DNA from: Monocercomonoides exilis PA203
Lineage: Eukaryota > Protista > Preaxostyla
Length of the DNA stretch: 64,000 nucleotides
Assembly (NCBI GenBank): GCA_001643675.2
Contig: LSRY02000016.1
Coordinates: 248,001 to 312,000 of the forward strand
Direction of reading: 5' to 3'
The position numbers and the translations under genes are program-made. Positions 50,819-61,500 of this stretch are shown piece by piece; position 1 is the first letter of the stretch, and the number at the start of each line of letters is the position of its first letter. The notes beneath the pieces were generated by a model that saw only the letters and a program-made list of their open reading frames with translations, ran no database searches and was not told the DNA's origin.

Positions 50819-52024
50819 ATATGGAGGAAAATACGGACTTTAGAGCTTTTTATGCACAAAGCATGAAAAAATTGTTTCTCTTATCACATTATTAAACTTT
50901 ATCAGATTTCAAAATAAATTTGATTGTCATAACTGTCAACAAACATTATTGATTTAACAACAAAATTGTTTGTAACCTCACATGTATGTTAAAAAAATAA
51001 ACCCATTTTTTTCAAATTTTTAGATCACAAAAAGCTATCTTTGATGCTTAATTTAACAATGAAAATGCCTGAAGTCAAATATTTTGTCCCATATGGGTGA
51101 TTATTTTTGAAATCATATCTTTTTTCGGGGTGTTGATTTTTCAAAGATTGTTTTTTATTGGGAAGAGATTTTGAATTCAAATATAAAAACTATTATAACT
51201 GTTTCAAAAATAAATGTTTTTGCTGAAATAAAGATGAAGATGTCTCAAACATACCATTTGACTTTTTTTGTGTTCATTTATTAATATTCAAGAAATATTT
51301 TTTAACCGAATTTTTTGTATGAAATAATATGATTTCAAAAATAATCACCCATATATTTTAAGTTTTTATTTCAAATAAAGTCTTTTCAACAGACCTTTAT
51401 TTTTTTCACTTTTTGAAAAGTCAACCATTAAAATAATCAGCTTGTTTTTTGTTTTGTGATTGACAAGAAACTTTAAAATTCTAATATTGTTTTTCAATTT
51501 TCATTCTATTATTTTAATATTTTTATTTATATACTCGATTTTTGCAAAATTTGAACTCATCCATATATAACAAAATTCTTGCATTCATGAAAAGAAACAT
51601 GGTTTTTTCCAAACTTTTTGTGAAAGATTTTTGTCACAATTCTCACATTTTCATGGTTAAAAAATGCTCATATTTAATACAGTTGAGGGAAAAAATTGAA
51701 AGTATTTTCAGGAATAAAATTAATTAATAAAAATATTTCTTTCCAGAGATATGTGACAAAATATTTGACTTCGTGCATTTTCATTGAAAAATCATGCACT
51801 TTTCATAGATTTTTTGAAATCAAAATATATGAATAAAATGTGTATATTTATTGAAATACATGTGAAGTCACATAATAATTTGTAATAACATCAATGATGT
51901 TTGTTTTCAGTAATGAAAATCTAATTTATTTTGTAATCTGATCGAGTTCAAAAATGTTATAAGGGAAACAATTTTTTCATGATTGGAGCATAAAAAGCTT
52001 GAATGTCCATATTTTCCCCCATAT
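50819..52024. mobile_element. Old, diverged foldback structure: inverted copies of the ~275-bp repeat at 50819-51094 and 51749-52024
   Basis: GAAGTCAAATATTTTGTCCCATAT (51071-51094) versus ATATGTGACAAAATATTTGACTTC (51749-51772), with patchy inverted similarity outward; same family as 20000-20283. Confidence 0.6.
51095..51350. mobile_element. 256-bp MITE with perfect 24-bp TIR GGGTGATTATTTTTGAAATCATAT, flanked by ATAT on both sides
   Basis: 51091-51118 is the exact reverse complement of 51327-51354. Confidence 0.75.
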
Positions 52025-52389
52025 GGCATTTCAGCTATAGAACCATCTCGGTTAAGATCAATCAATATTATCTATTAATGTATATCTGATTGTAGTTATC
52101 ATCTTGTATAATAAGTTGAATATGCAACGATAATAAGATAGAGATCGAGGGTTATTGCTGACACTCTTAGGGGTTTATCATGATTCTATTTTCAGTGATG
52201 TTCTATAAAGAAGGAGTTATTGATTGGTGTAATCGAGATATATCTATAGCTGATATACCATACCTCCAAGGAGAAGAATTAGCTAAAAGATTAGCTGAAA
52301 GTGTCGAAGATGGTGATGTTACCGTTGATGTTACCGTTGATGGAAATCGCAAATAAAAATAATTGATTTTGTTTTTTGTTTTATAGTAA

Positions 52390-52971
52390 ATGGGTCGGAA
52401 GAAGATTTACGCGACTGTGGAAGAAGCGAAAGCGGCTCAACAAAAACAAATTAAACAGTTTCAGGAAAAACGTAAGGAAGAAACTAAGTACAGTCTAAAC
52501 CGGATATAATCACGTCGAATATAATCACATTCGCCTATAGTCACATTTATCGATGCACCGACATTTTTTGCTTATTTTTCATTCATTTTTCATCGCATAT
52601 AATCACAGTGATGAAAACATAAAATCTCATTTTTTATTATTATGTGTGGATTTTTCATTGAAAAATCGATTTTTTGATCAGAAATCTCAATTTTTCGCTT
52701 TTTCAAAAATGTTCACAAATTTGTCAAAATCATGTGTAATAATGAAAAAAATTAATTTCGCAAGTGAAAAAAGTGTATTTGTATAGAATTTCCAAAAATA
52801 AAGAAATCGACCCAAAATTAATTATTTCAAAAATTATTTTTTTATTTTTTTCTGTGTTTAACTGCATCGTATATTATCACAATCATATACAGTCACAAAA
52901 ACTTGTGCAAAAACCGATGTGATTATATCCGGTTTAGACAGTATGTGGACAAACTGGCAAAGTTAGCATAG
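52390..52971 (+). pseudogene. Small basic ORF interrupted by a MITE (reconstructed MGRKKIYATVEEAKAAQQKQIKQFQEKRKEETKYVDKLAKLA, 42 aa)
   Basis: Removing 52491-52941 plus one TA restores a continuous frame from ATG 52390 to TAG 52969-52971. Confidence 0.6.
52491..52941 (+). mobile_element. 451-bp Tc1/mariner(pogo)-type MITE, TIR CAGTCTAAACCGGATATAATCAC, TA target duplication
   Basis: TA|CAGTCTAAACCGGATATAATCAC ... GTGATTATATCCGGTTTAGACAG|TA (22/23 match); internal subterminal ATAATCAC/ATAGTCAC repeats; no credible ORF. Confidence 0.88.
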
Positions 52972-53066
52972 AAGTCTAAATACATTAAATATGAAAATTT
53001 ATTAATATCGGTAATTTTTTAATATAAACCTCAACTTCATCTTCCCGGTGAATTAATGTTTCAATA

Positions 53067-55382
53067 ATGAATCTGTTTCAAAAAAAATATGTTTTTTTTA
53101 TCTGTGAAAAATTGGCAACTATGAGCAAAAGCATAACCAAAATAATCAGAAACAACAACAAAACGGTTCAACTCCTTATTTGCATGGATGAAAAAACATT
53201 GAACGAAAGAATTGATTCAACGTTGTTGATTCATTCAATTTTCAAAAGTATGATGGAGGCAGTGGCTCTGTTGTTACCATTAGAGCAGAATTGGTAAACA
53301 AAGTGTCAAATTTTACTGTTTTCGACATTGACATTAACAAATCGTTTGACGATGAGTCCAAACAATCTGCAAGATCAAGAATATTATATAAACAAGACGA
53401 AGACGATGTTGTTGTTTAAACAGCTTCAGGGGGATTACACATTTATGCTAATACCGATGACTTTTTCACCAACTCCAACAGAATGATGATTGAATGTTAC
53501 ACTTGAGACGAATTTGATGTTGATATCATGACATCTTTGGATGAGAACAAACTATCATTAATAGTATAACCAAACAGGAAAGTACGTAAGGATCATCGAT
53601 CAAAGACAAATGTTTATCAGCTTGTTAGAGGTTCGTTTGGCTCGCAATTACACGAAATGTTAAAGAAATGTTGAACGATCTCTCATTGAAACTGTACATC
53701 AAAACATCTGATCAAATCGATAATATTGAAAAATTGGACAACGACAATGACAAAATCAGTGATGAATTAGCTTATGTTTTTGTCAACGTGTTGGAGTGTT
53801 TTGTCATACATAACGATGCGTGAAATATGCCAATCAACAGAGAAGTCACGTTTTTCACACTGTTTCAAGCTATTAATTCATTACCGAATGAACATATCGA
53901 ATTAGCTTACGACAGAGGACAAAACAGTGACAATTTGACAACTTACGCACGAGATAACCATTATACTGCAAAACAACGATATAGATGTTTGAGATCATCT
54001 CCATTTGTATTCGTTAAGATGTTCAAAATATGGAATTATGACTGTTAGACAAACGAGATATTGCCGTTACTGAGAAACGACAGCAATATTGTTAAACCAT
54101 TAGATATGTCTGATTCGTTTTCCATGACAGACATTCGACGAAAAGTGGAGACAAAACAATACAAAACAGCTGATAATATAATTGGTGATTTGTCGAGAGT
54201 TATTCGATTTACTGAAACAGGAGCGATGAATAAACAAAAAGATTTCAATATAATCGATAAACGTTGGGGGATAACGTTTGTCACAAACACTGATATGACA
54301 ATTAATTTTAAGATGATTAATCTGTTGAAAACTGAACATAAAACAGCAACAGCATATGACATTCTACTGTCTTGTTTGTTGAAACTAACATTGCAATGTG
54401 TAATGTTTAATGCAATAGATGCAGCTGATGTATTCTCAATATTTCAAGGTTTCAAGTACAATTTACGAGAACATGTTGATATGGAAACAATCTCAATGTT
54501 TCTGGACTTTGTTTGTGAGGAAATTGCTGACTCCAACGACGATGGATATGAATATGTTATTAACTGGATTGCCAACATTGTTCAACACCTGGAATAAAAA
54601 ATGAAACAGCATTAATATTGAAAGGCATTCAAGGTATTGGGGAAAACAGATTCACAGATGTTATATCATAACTATTCGCTGGTTATTTTAGCAGAAATGT
54701 CACAGAAATAGGAGAATTGACTGGAAACTTTAACTCTGTTGTTGAAAGCAAAATGTAGATTGTTTTGAATGAACTGAAAAATTGTGGAGACGACAGATTG
54801 GTAAATGACAATGCATTGAAGTCTGCAATAACACAAAACATTATTTGAATAAACGAGAAGAATCAACCTCGTAGAACCACCGAGAATGTGGCTAATTTTA
54901 TATTTGTGACTAACCACTCATTCCCAGTAAAGATTGCAACAGACGATTGCAGATATGTTGTTCTTGCATGTAGTGGAAAATACAAGAACAATTTCGAATA
55001 TTTCGAACAACTATGTTCTTCATTTACGACAGAGTTTAATGACAATTTGCTTCCATATTTGATGAACAAAGATCTTTCATGATTTAACTTCAGGTCAATA
55101 CCAATGACAGAAGCAAAAATTGATATTATAGAAGCGAGTTAAAGTCCCTTGGAAATGTGGATTTGAAATCATTACGACGAGCTATGTGTCGGAATGAATT
55201 GAACAGAAGCTCTCCTCTGCAAACATGTTGAAATAAAAGACATGAACTTCCAACTGCAACTGAAAGATAAATGAGAGCATAAACAGAAATCAATAAATGG
55301 AATACGTTCAAGGCATTAAAAATTGAAAGATGAATGCAAACTATTGTTCAAACAAACGGTATTCGATGAAGAGGATAATTAA
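53067..55382 (+). pseudogene. Degenerate primase-polymerase (AEP/Prim-Pol) fused to D5-like superfamily-3 helicase
   Basis: Across stops and frameshifts: FTVFDIDIN (53324-53332, motif I), VVV*TASGGLHIY (53420-53446, motif II), FDVDI; then YEYVINWIANIVQ, ETALILKGIQGIGENRFTD (Walker A with K>E, 54624-54647), GNFNSVVESKM*IVLNE (Walker B), INEKNQP, NFIFVTNH (motif C), DDCRYVV, IPMTEAK. Confidence 0.85.
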
Positions 55383-55715
55383 TAATAACAGAAATGTTAC
55401 TGTCTTGTTTTTGCCAAGTAAATGCATTCTTCCCAATTTTCTCACTTTGCCCTTTTGCCCACATATTTTGGAGAATGAAATTGACTTGGTGCACTCGGTG
55501 CACCCAGTTCAGGCAAAATGCACGTGAATTAAATTCAAAATTTCCACGCCACAGCATCACTCACATAAACTGTCCAGCTTAACCTGTCCACCCTGTACAG
55601 GCAAATAACCATTAACTTTTTCCATCATCTCATCTAACAGCTTATCACATTCGATAAGCTTTCTCCTCAATAACTTAATCAACATCAATTTCTCAGTAAC
55701 ATGTTCGTTGTTACA

Positions 55716-56166
55716 CTGTCTAAACCGGATATAATCACATCGGTTTTTGCACAAGTTTTTGTGACTGTATATGATTGTGATAATATACGATGCAGTTAAA
55801 CACAGAAAAAAATAAAAAAATAATTTTTGAAATAATTAATTTTGGGTCGATTTCTTTATTTTTGGAAATTCTATACAAATACACTTTTTTCACTTGCGAA
55901 ATTAATTTTTTTCATTATTACACATGATTTTGACAAATTTGTGAACATTTTTGAAAAAGCGAAAAATTGAGATTTCTGATCAAAAAATCGATTTTTCAAT
56001 GAAAAATCCACACATAATAATAAAAAATGAGATTTTATGTTTTCATCACTGTGATTATATGCGATGAAAAATGAATGAAAAATAAGCAAAAAATGTCGGT
56101 GCATCGATAAATGTGACTATAGGCGAATGTGATTATATTCGACGTGATTATATCCGGTTTAGACTG
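55716..56166 (-). mobile_element. Second, inverted copy of the 451-bp Tc1/mariner-type MITE
   Basis: Mirror of 52491-52941, including the same TIR mismatch. TA is present on the outer side (56167-56168) but not at the inner junction. Confidence 0.88.
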
Positions 56167-57917
56167 TACTTAGTTTCTTCCTTACGTTTTTCCTGAAACT
56201 GTTTAATTTGTTTTTGTTGAGCCGCTTTCGCTTCTTCCACAGTCGCGTAAATCTTCTTCCGACCCATTTACTATAAAACAAAAAACAAAATCAATTATTT
56301 TTATTTGCGATTTCCATCAACGGTAACATCAACGGTAACATCACCATCTTCGACACTTTCAGCTAATCTTTTAGCTAATTCTTCTCCTTGGAGGTATGGT
56401 ATATCAGCTATAGATATATCTCGATTACACCAATCAATAACTCCTTCTTTATAGAACATCACTGAAAATAGAATCATGATAAACCCCTAAGAGTGTCAGC
56501 AATAACCCTCGATCTCTATCTTATTATCGTTGCATATTCAACTTATTATACAAGATGATAACTACAATCAGATATACATTAATAGATAATATTGATTGAT
56601 CTTAACCGAGATGGTTCTATAGCTGAAATGCAATATCTCTCGTTTCATACACACTGTTAAGTTTTTATTTCTTTTATGGATTGTCGATAGATGTTAGTCA
56701 AGATCATTTTGTCAAAAAGATCCATCTATCAAATGGATTTTTCTATTTTTTGTATTTTATTCTTTGAGAAAATATTTTTAATAATGATTTAATAATGAAT
56801 TACATTTTTTAATTGAAGTATTGAAAGAATTCAAAAGATTTAGAATTTTTAATATGAACAACATAAATTTATCATTTGTCAAAAACCATATTTTGCATTG
56901 AATACATATGCATTCAGATGTTTTTGTTATTTTCCTTATAATCAAATAAAAGTTTTTTTAAAGAATTCCATATTAATCACACATTTCGAGTTTAGCAAAC
57001 AGTCATAAATTTTTTGGAAATAAAAGTGGAACAGCAAAAAAGGAATGACTGGGGAAATTTAAATTATTATTGAATTCAATGAATAAGGAAAGAAGTTTGA
57101 TAGGATTATTTCTGCTGATGATATACCAAAAATAATTCATTTTCGAAATGAAAATTTTGTTGATAAGTGGAATTATAAAATATTGTTTTACTGTCAAAAT
57201 ACTCTTGGTTTTAATCAATTGAGCACATTTTGTTCATGAATATTTAAAAAATGATGTATTTCCTTTATTAAAATTTCATTCATTTTGATTGAAAATTTTA
57301 TAATTCGAAGTTTATTTGAAAAGAAAATGAATTCATTTTCATTTTTAAAAAATTCAAGTTTTTCAAAATTTCATCTAAGAAACAAAAAAATTATCAACAA
57401 AAAATTTTTATCTTTTGTTATTCGATAAATTGTAATTGATTATTTGCAGTTTTTTATTGGGAATAATATAGAATGAATTTTCTTTAATATTTTTATCTTT
57501 TGAGTGATGTTTTTCGAAAATGAAAAAAAAATATTTAAAAAATTGATTTATTGATTGATTCATTTTTTTAAAAACAGTTTTTTTTAAGTAATAATATTTG
57601 ATTGGTTAAAAAATAACTTGAACTTTTCTGAAATCCATTTTCGTGAAAAATTAAAAATTTCAGTTTTAAATGAATTTCGAAATTGAAATAATCATTTTCG
57701 AAATTGAATTATTTTTTTTCGAATTAGAATTATTTTTGGTGTAATAACATAATTGGAAATTATCATTGTGCGTGTCTGTGGAAAAATGTTCCCTTCAAAC
57801 GAAAAATAGTGTGCGGACAAGAAATTTAGGAGAAATGCTAAATTCAAACGTTATTCAGGAATTATGAAAAGAAAAAGAAAAAATTTTTTTGGTTTTGAAA
57901 TAGAAAGCAGAATTAAC

Positions 57918-57920
<3 letters not shown>

Positions 57921-57963
<43 letters not shown>
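57921..57963 (+). repeat. Poly(A) tract, 43 nt
   Basis: Seen directly. Confidence 0.9.
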
Positions 57964-57965
<2 letters not shown>

Positions 57966-58009
57966 GTACAGAGCATATTTAACTACTTTTGAGGTTATTT
58001 TCTTTCATA

Positions 58010-58490
58010 TATGAAAATACAACAATTTGTACCAAACTTTTCCCACAACCTTATCATGAGAAATCTTTCATTCCCACATCAAAAACACAAAGGAAATTTT
58101 TCATAATTTTCAAACTTTATTAAATGTGCAGAATGAAACAAAATTCATAAAGTGAAAAATATCGCCCCATTTTGAAATTGTGCCTCCTCTCAAAAAACCC
58201 AAACAAAGTTAATAATGTTTATAAATAACATTTGGGGCAAAATTTTTGTAATTATGAAAAAAACTGAGATTTGTTTCAAACTTTTTCTGCAATCATTTCA
58301 TTATAAATCAACCGTAACAATGCAAATAATTACAGAAAAATTCAAGAATTGAGATAAATATTTGTTAGAGAAGAATGGAACAAAATTCATAAAGCAAAAT
58401 ATTTTTTCCCATTTCTTCAATTGACGACTTTTCTCAACAAGAAAATAGATAACTGAATTAATGACATTGCTGTTTTATACATGCAAACAT
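58010..58490 (+). repeat. Degenerate tandem duplication, unit ~243 bp
   Basis: GAATGAAACAAAATTCATAAAGTGAAAA (58131) versus GAATGGAACAAAATTCATAAAGCAAAA (58373); ATTTGTACCAAACTTTT versus ATTTGTTTCAAACTTTT at the same offset. Confidence 0.55.
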
Positions 58491-58597
58491 AATAAAACTT
58501 CATTTGTGATCATTTATTAATTTTTCGAATTAATAATCATTGATCATTTCCCATTTTCATTACGTGACTGAGCCGTTTATAATTCTTATTTGCTTCA

Positions 58598-61500
58598 ATG
58601 GCTCAGAAACTACTTGAAGAGAAAAAATATTACGAAAAACTTGTTTCTCCCGTTGCTCACGAAATGACTGTATGTATTCATAGTTATTACTTGTGTTATG
58701 TGAAAATAAACAAAAAATTGATTTTATCATTGTTAATAATGAAATATGTTAATGATTAAATACTTATTTGATACACTAGGCTGGAATGCCCCCTGCTGTG
58801 AAAACAGCTTTTGAAAAGCAACATAGGATTTTCAATCGTTTAAAGGAACAAAATGACTTTTTAGTTTCTGAAATAGCAAAGGTGAGAGGAATATTGATAT
58901 TTTTTTTAACTCAATTTACATTGCTATGCTTTTGTCTATTTGATGCATTTGTAGCATTCTTCTCCAGAAGAAGTTAAGACGACAACTACAAAAATTAAGC
59001 CTCCAACAAAAGCAAAGACCAAAAGCACAACACATTATTCAATTCGCATACCACCAACATTAAAAACTATAACATCTGTTTCTATGCCTTCGCCTGGACG
59101 TACAGTCAGAGGGTATTTTTGCTTATTTATTAGTTTAATTTTTAAAAACAATTATTTTTTCATTAGTGATCCTGTAAACACGTTAGATCCATCCCAACCA
59201 CATGGATCAACAAAATTTGGTCTTTCGCAAATATCTGGTCCTTTACGTCCTGTTCGAACACCCGAACGATCGTCATTTCGAAAAGATCCCCAGAAACCAT
59301 CTCCTCAAATCACGCCCATTTCACATGAGCCTCTTCCACCAATTCGAAGCTCTTCCGCATCTCGGAGACCGCTAAGTTCTGACAATCAAAGCGTACATTC
59401 AAGATCATCACAAGCAGATCATTCTCACACAGGATCAAGGACTGGTTCACGCCCAGGGTCTGTCGGAAGATCTGAACGGTCATCTGTTCATTCGATTGGA
59501 AGCAAACACGAAGGTTCGGCGTCTCCACAGGATAGAATGTCTCCAAAGGAGATGGGGTCAATACAACAAGAAAACGTGCAAGCTGCTGGATTTGAAGTAG
59601 AAACAAGAGAAAGAGAGATAAAGAGGGAGGATATAAAAGGAGAAGGAGAAGAGGATGATGAAGATGAAATAAACGGAGAAAGCGAAGGAAATTTCAACGA
59701 AGGTTATAAAATTGAAGTTAATTCTGAATACTGTGTTCAGCAGCCAAGACAAAAGAGAATTCTTCCTTCAGTTGCACCCCCATCGTCTGAAGGGAAAGGA
59801 GAGATCCAAGCAATGCTTCCTTTAGAAATGTTTGACGAAGAAGAAGAAAGAGACGAATATCTTAAAAGGCAGATTGCTATCCAGAAAATGTTTCCTTATC
59901 ACACTGGTGTGCCTGTGATACTAACTTTTATTGATGATTATAATAACTTTTCATATGATGATTTTTCAACATTAATATTTTTCGCAAATTTTGTTATGTG
60001 TTTAACACTAAATGAAAACTGTGCTTCTTTACTAAATCGTCAATTACAGGTGACGTGAACGGAGATGTGATGGAAATTCCTGATCATCCGTCAATTAAAC
60101 GATTGAAAGCATACAGCCGCTTTTTTGCTGCTGATGGAGAATATGCTTGGCGTCCATGTACTGTTTTGCACTACGACGACACAGAAAGGACATATTTGAT
60201 TCAGTGGGACAATCAAGGATCAGCAAGTCTGTGCAACTCTCCTTCTATTATCATTTAAACAGTTTTATTATTATTATTCGTATAAATTTATTCTTTTGTG
60301 ACAGACGCAACGTCACGCAGTCGAACGAAGTTTGTGCGCCGTCTCAATCTGTTCTTCGAGGGCGAAGATCCCGACCTCTTCGAAGACCGTATCCGCCACG
60401 CGAAGGAGCTCCGGGCGCAGATGGAGGCACAGATGCGGCTGCACACTTTCATCGACTCGCGCCCGTCGGAGGACATCCCGTCGATGCCGGCAGATGTGGC
60501 TGAGCGCGTCATGTGCCTAGCTGCGTGCGCAGTGCCAGGGAGATTCGTGCCAGCAATGCGCTCGGCGCTGGAGGAGGCGCGCAAACATTACATCTACTCG
60601 AACAAGAAGGCTGTTGTGATGGAGCTGCTGCGGAAGGACAAGACGAGAGTGCAGCTGGAGCCACTCCATCTTCCGCTTCCTCCTCCTCCGCCACCGCCAC
60701 GTGAGTGCGGGGTGCTTCCACATGCGCCGTATGACTATCATCCTCTTCGGAAGGCGATTGCGTCGCGTGCTCTGATGGGCCAGCCGCAGTTTGTGAAGGC
60801 GCAGCAGCAGCTGAGATACATCTGGTTCTCTTTCAAGTCTGCGCTGTTCTTTGCTGACGGAAAGGCAATGCAGGACATCTTCTCTCTGTCTCCACCGTAC
60901 GAAGCGAAGGACTACCTGCAGAAGCAGCAGACTACGATTGCCCGCACACGAGACGCGCTGCTGTATCAGTGGATCCCTTCTGTGGCAAAGGCATTCAGAG
61001 AGATCATCCCGAATCCCGAAGAGGCGTCAGGAATGGTCGATCCGAACCAGAAAAACAGCAAGAAAAAGAACGACACATACGCCGGAACCAGATTCCATAC
61101 GCTTTCTTCCTCTTCTTCGTCGAGCTCCCTATCATCATCGTCATCTCTCACTTCAGCAGGCAATGACGCCATCCGCTTCACCAGTGGGGAAGGATCTGTC
61201 CCGTCAGGCACTTTTCCAATGCTCTACCAGCTTACTGGCGAAGAGAAGGAGGACGAGAATCCCGAAGACAGGCTCAGCGAACTCACAAATTCTGAGCAGA
61301 TTTCTCGGCTGAGGCGCTTCCGGGCAACAGATCTGGGGAGGCTGTCGCGCCTGGCTGATGCAGTCATGAGAGAGCAAGTGCATCAGCTTATTGTGCACTC
61401 GGTGGAGGCGTTTAGAGATGTGATTGTGGAGAACTATAGAGACTATGCGATGCAGAACTTGTATCACTTGGAGGAGGTCAGGATCAGGTTTGTGGACTCA

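Larger units (their letters stand above)
52026..56631. mobile_element. 4.6-kb palindromic element: 916-bp inverted arms enclosing a decayed primase-helicase gene (endogenous virus/Polinton- or plasmid-like relic)
   Basis: 52026-52941 is the reverse complement of 55716-56631 with no mismatch noticed; the ORF track shows the same 77-aa ORF in both arms. ATAT lies one base outside each end. The interior encodes Prim-Pol and SF3 helicase motifs. Confidence 0.85.

Noticed and set aside
52491-52560. Short repeated ATAATCAC/ATAGTCAC units as a CRISPR-like or iteron array
   Set aside because: Too short and irregular; better explained as MITE subterminal repeats. No cas genes, and the context is eukaryotic.
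52553-52786. Identical 77-aa ORFs at 52553-52786 (+) and 55871-56104 (-)
   Set aside because: Chance F/K/I-rich ORF inside the MITE; identical only because of the inverted duplication.
53067-55382. Stop-codon reassignment (TAA/TAG = Gln, as in some oxymonads) or editing to explain in-frame stops in the primase-helicase
   Set aside because: The stops are a mix of TAA, TAG and TGA at positions expecting different residues. There are also frameshifts and a Walker A K>E change, and host genes here end in TAA, TAG and TGA. This is ordinary decay.
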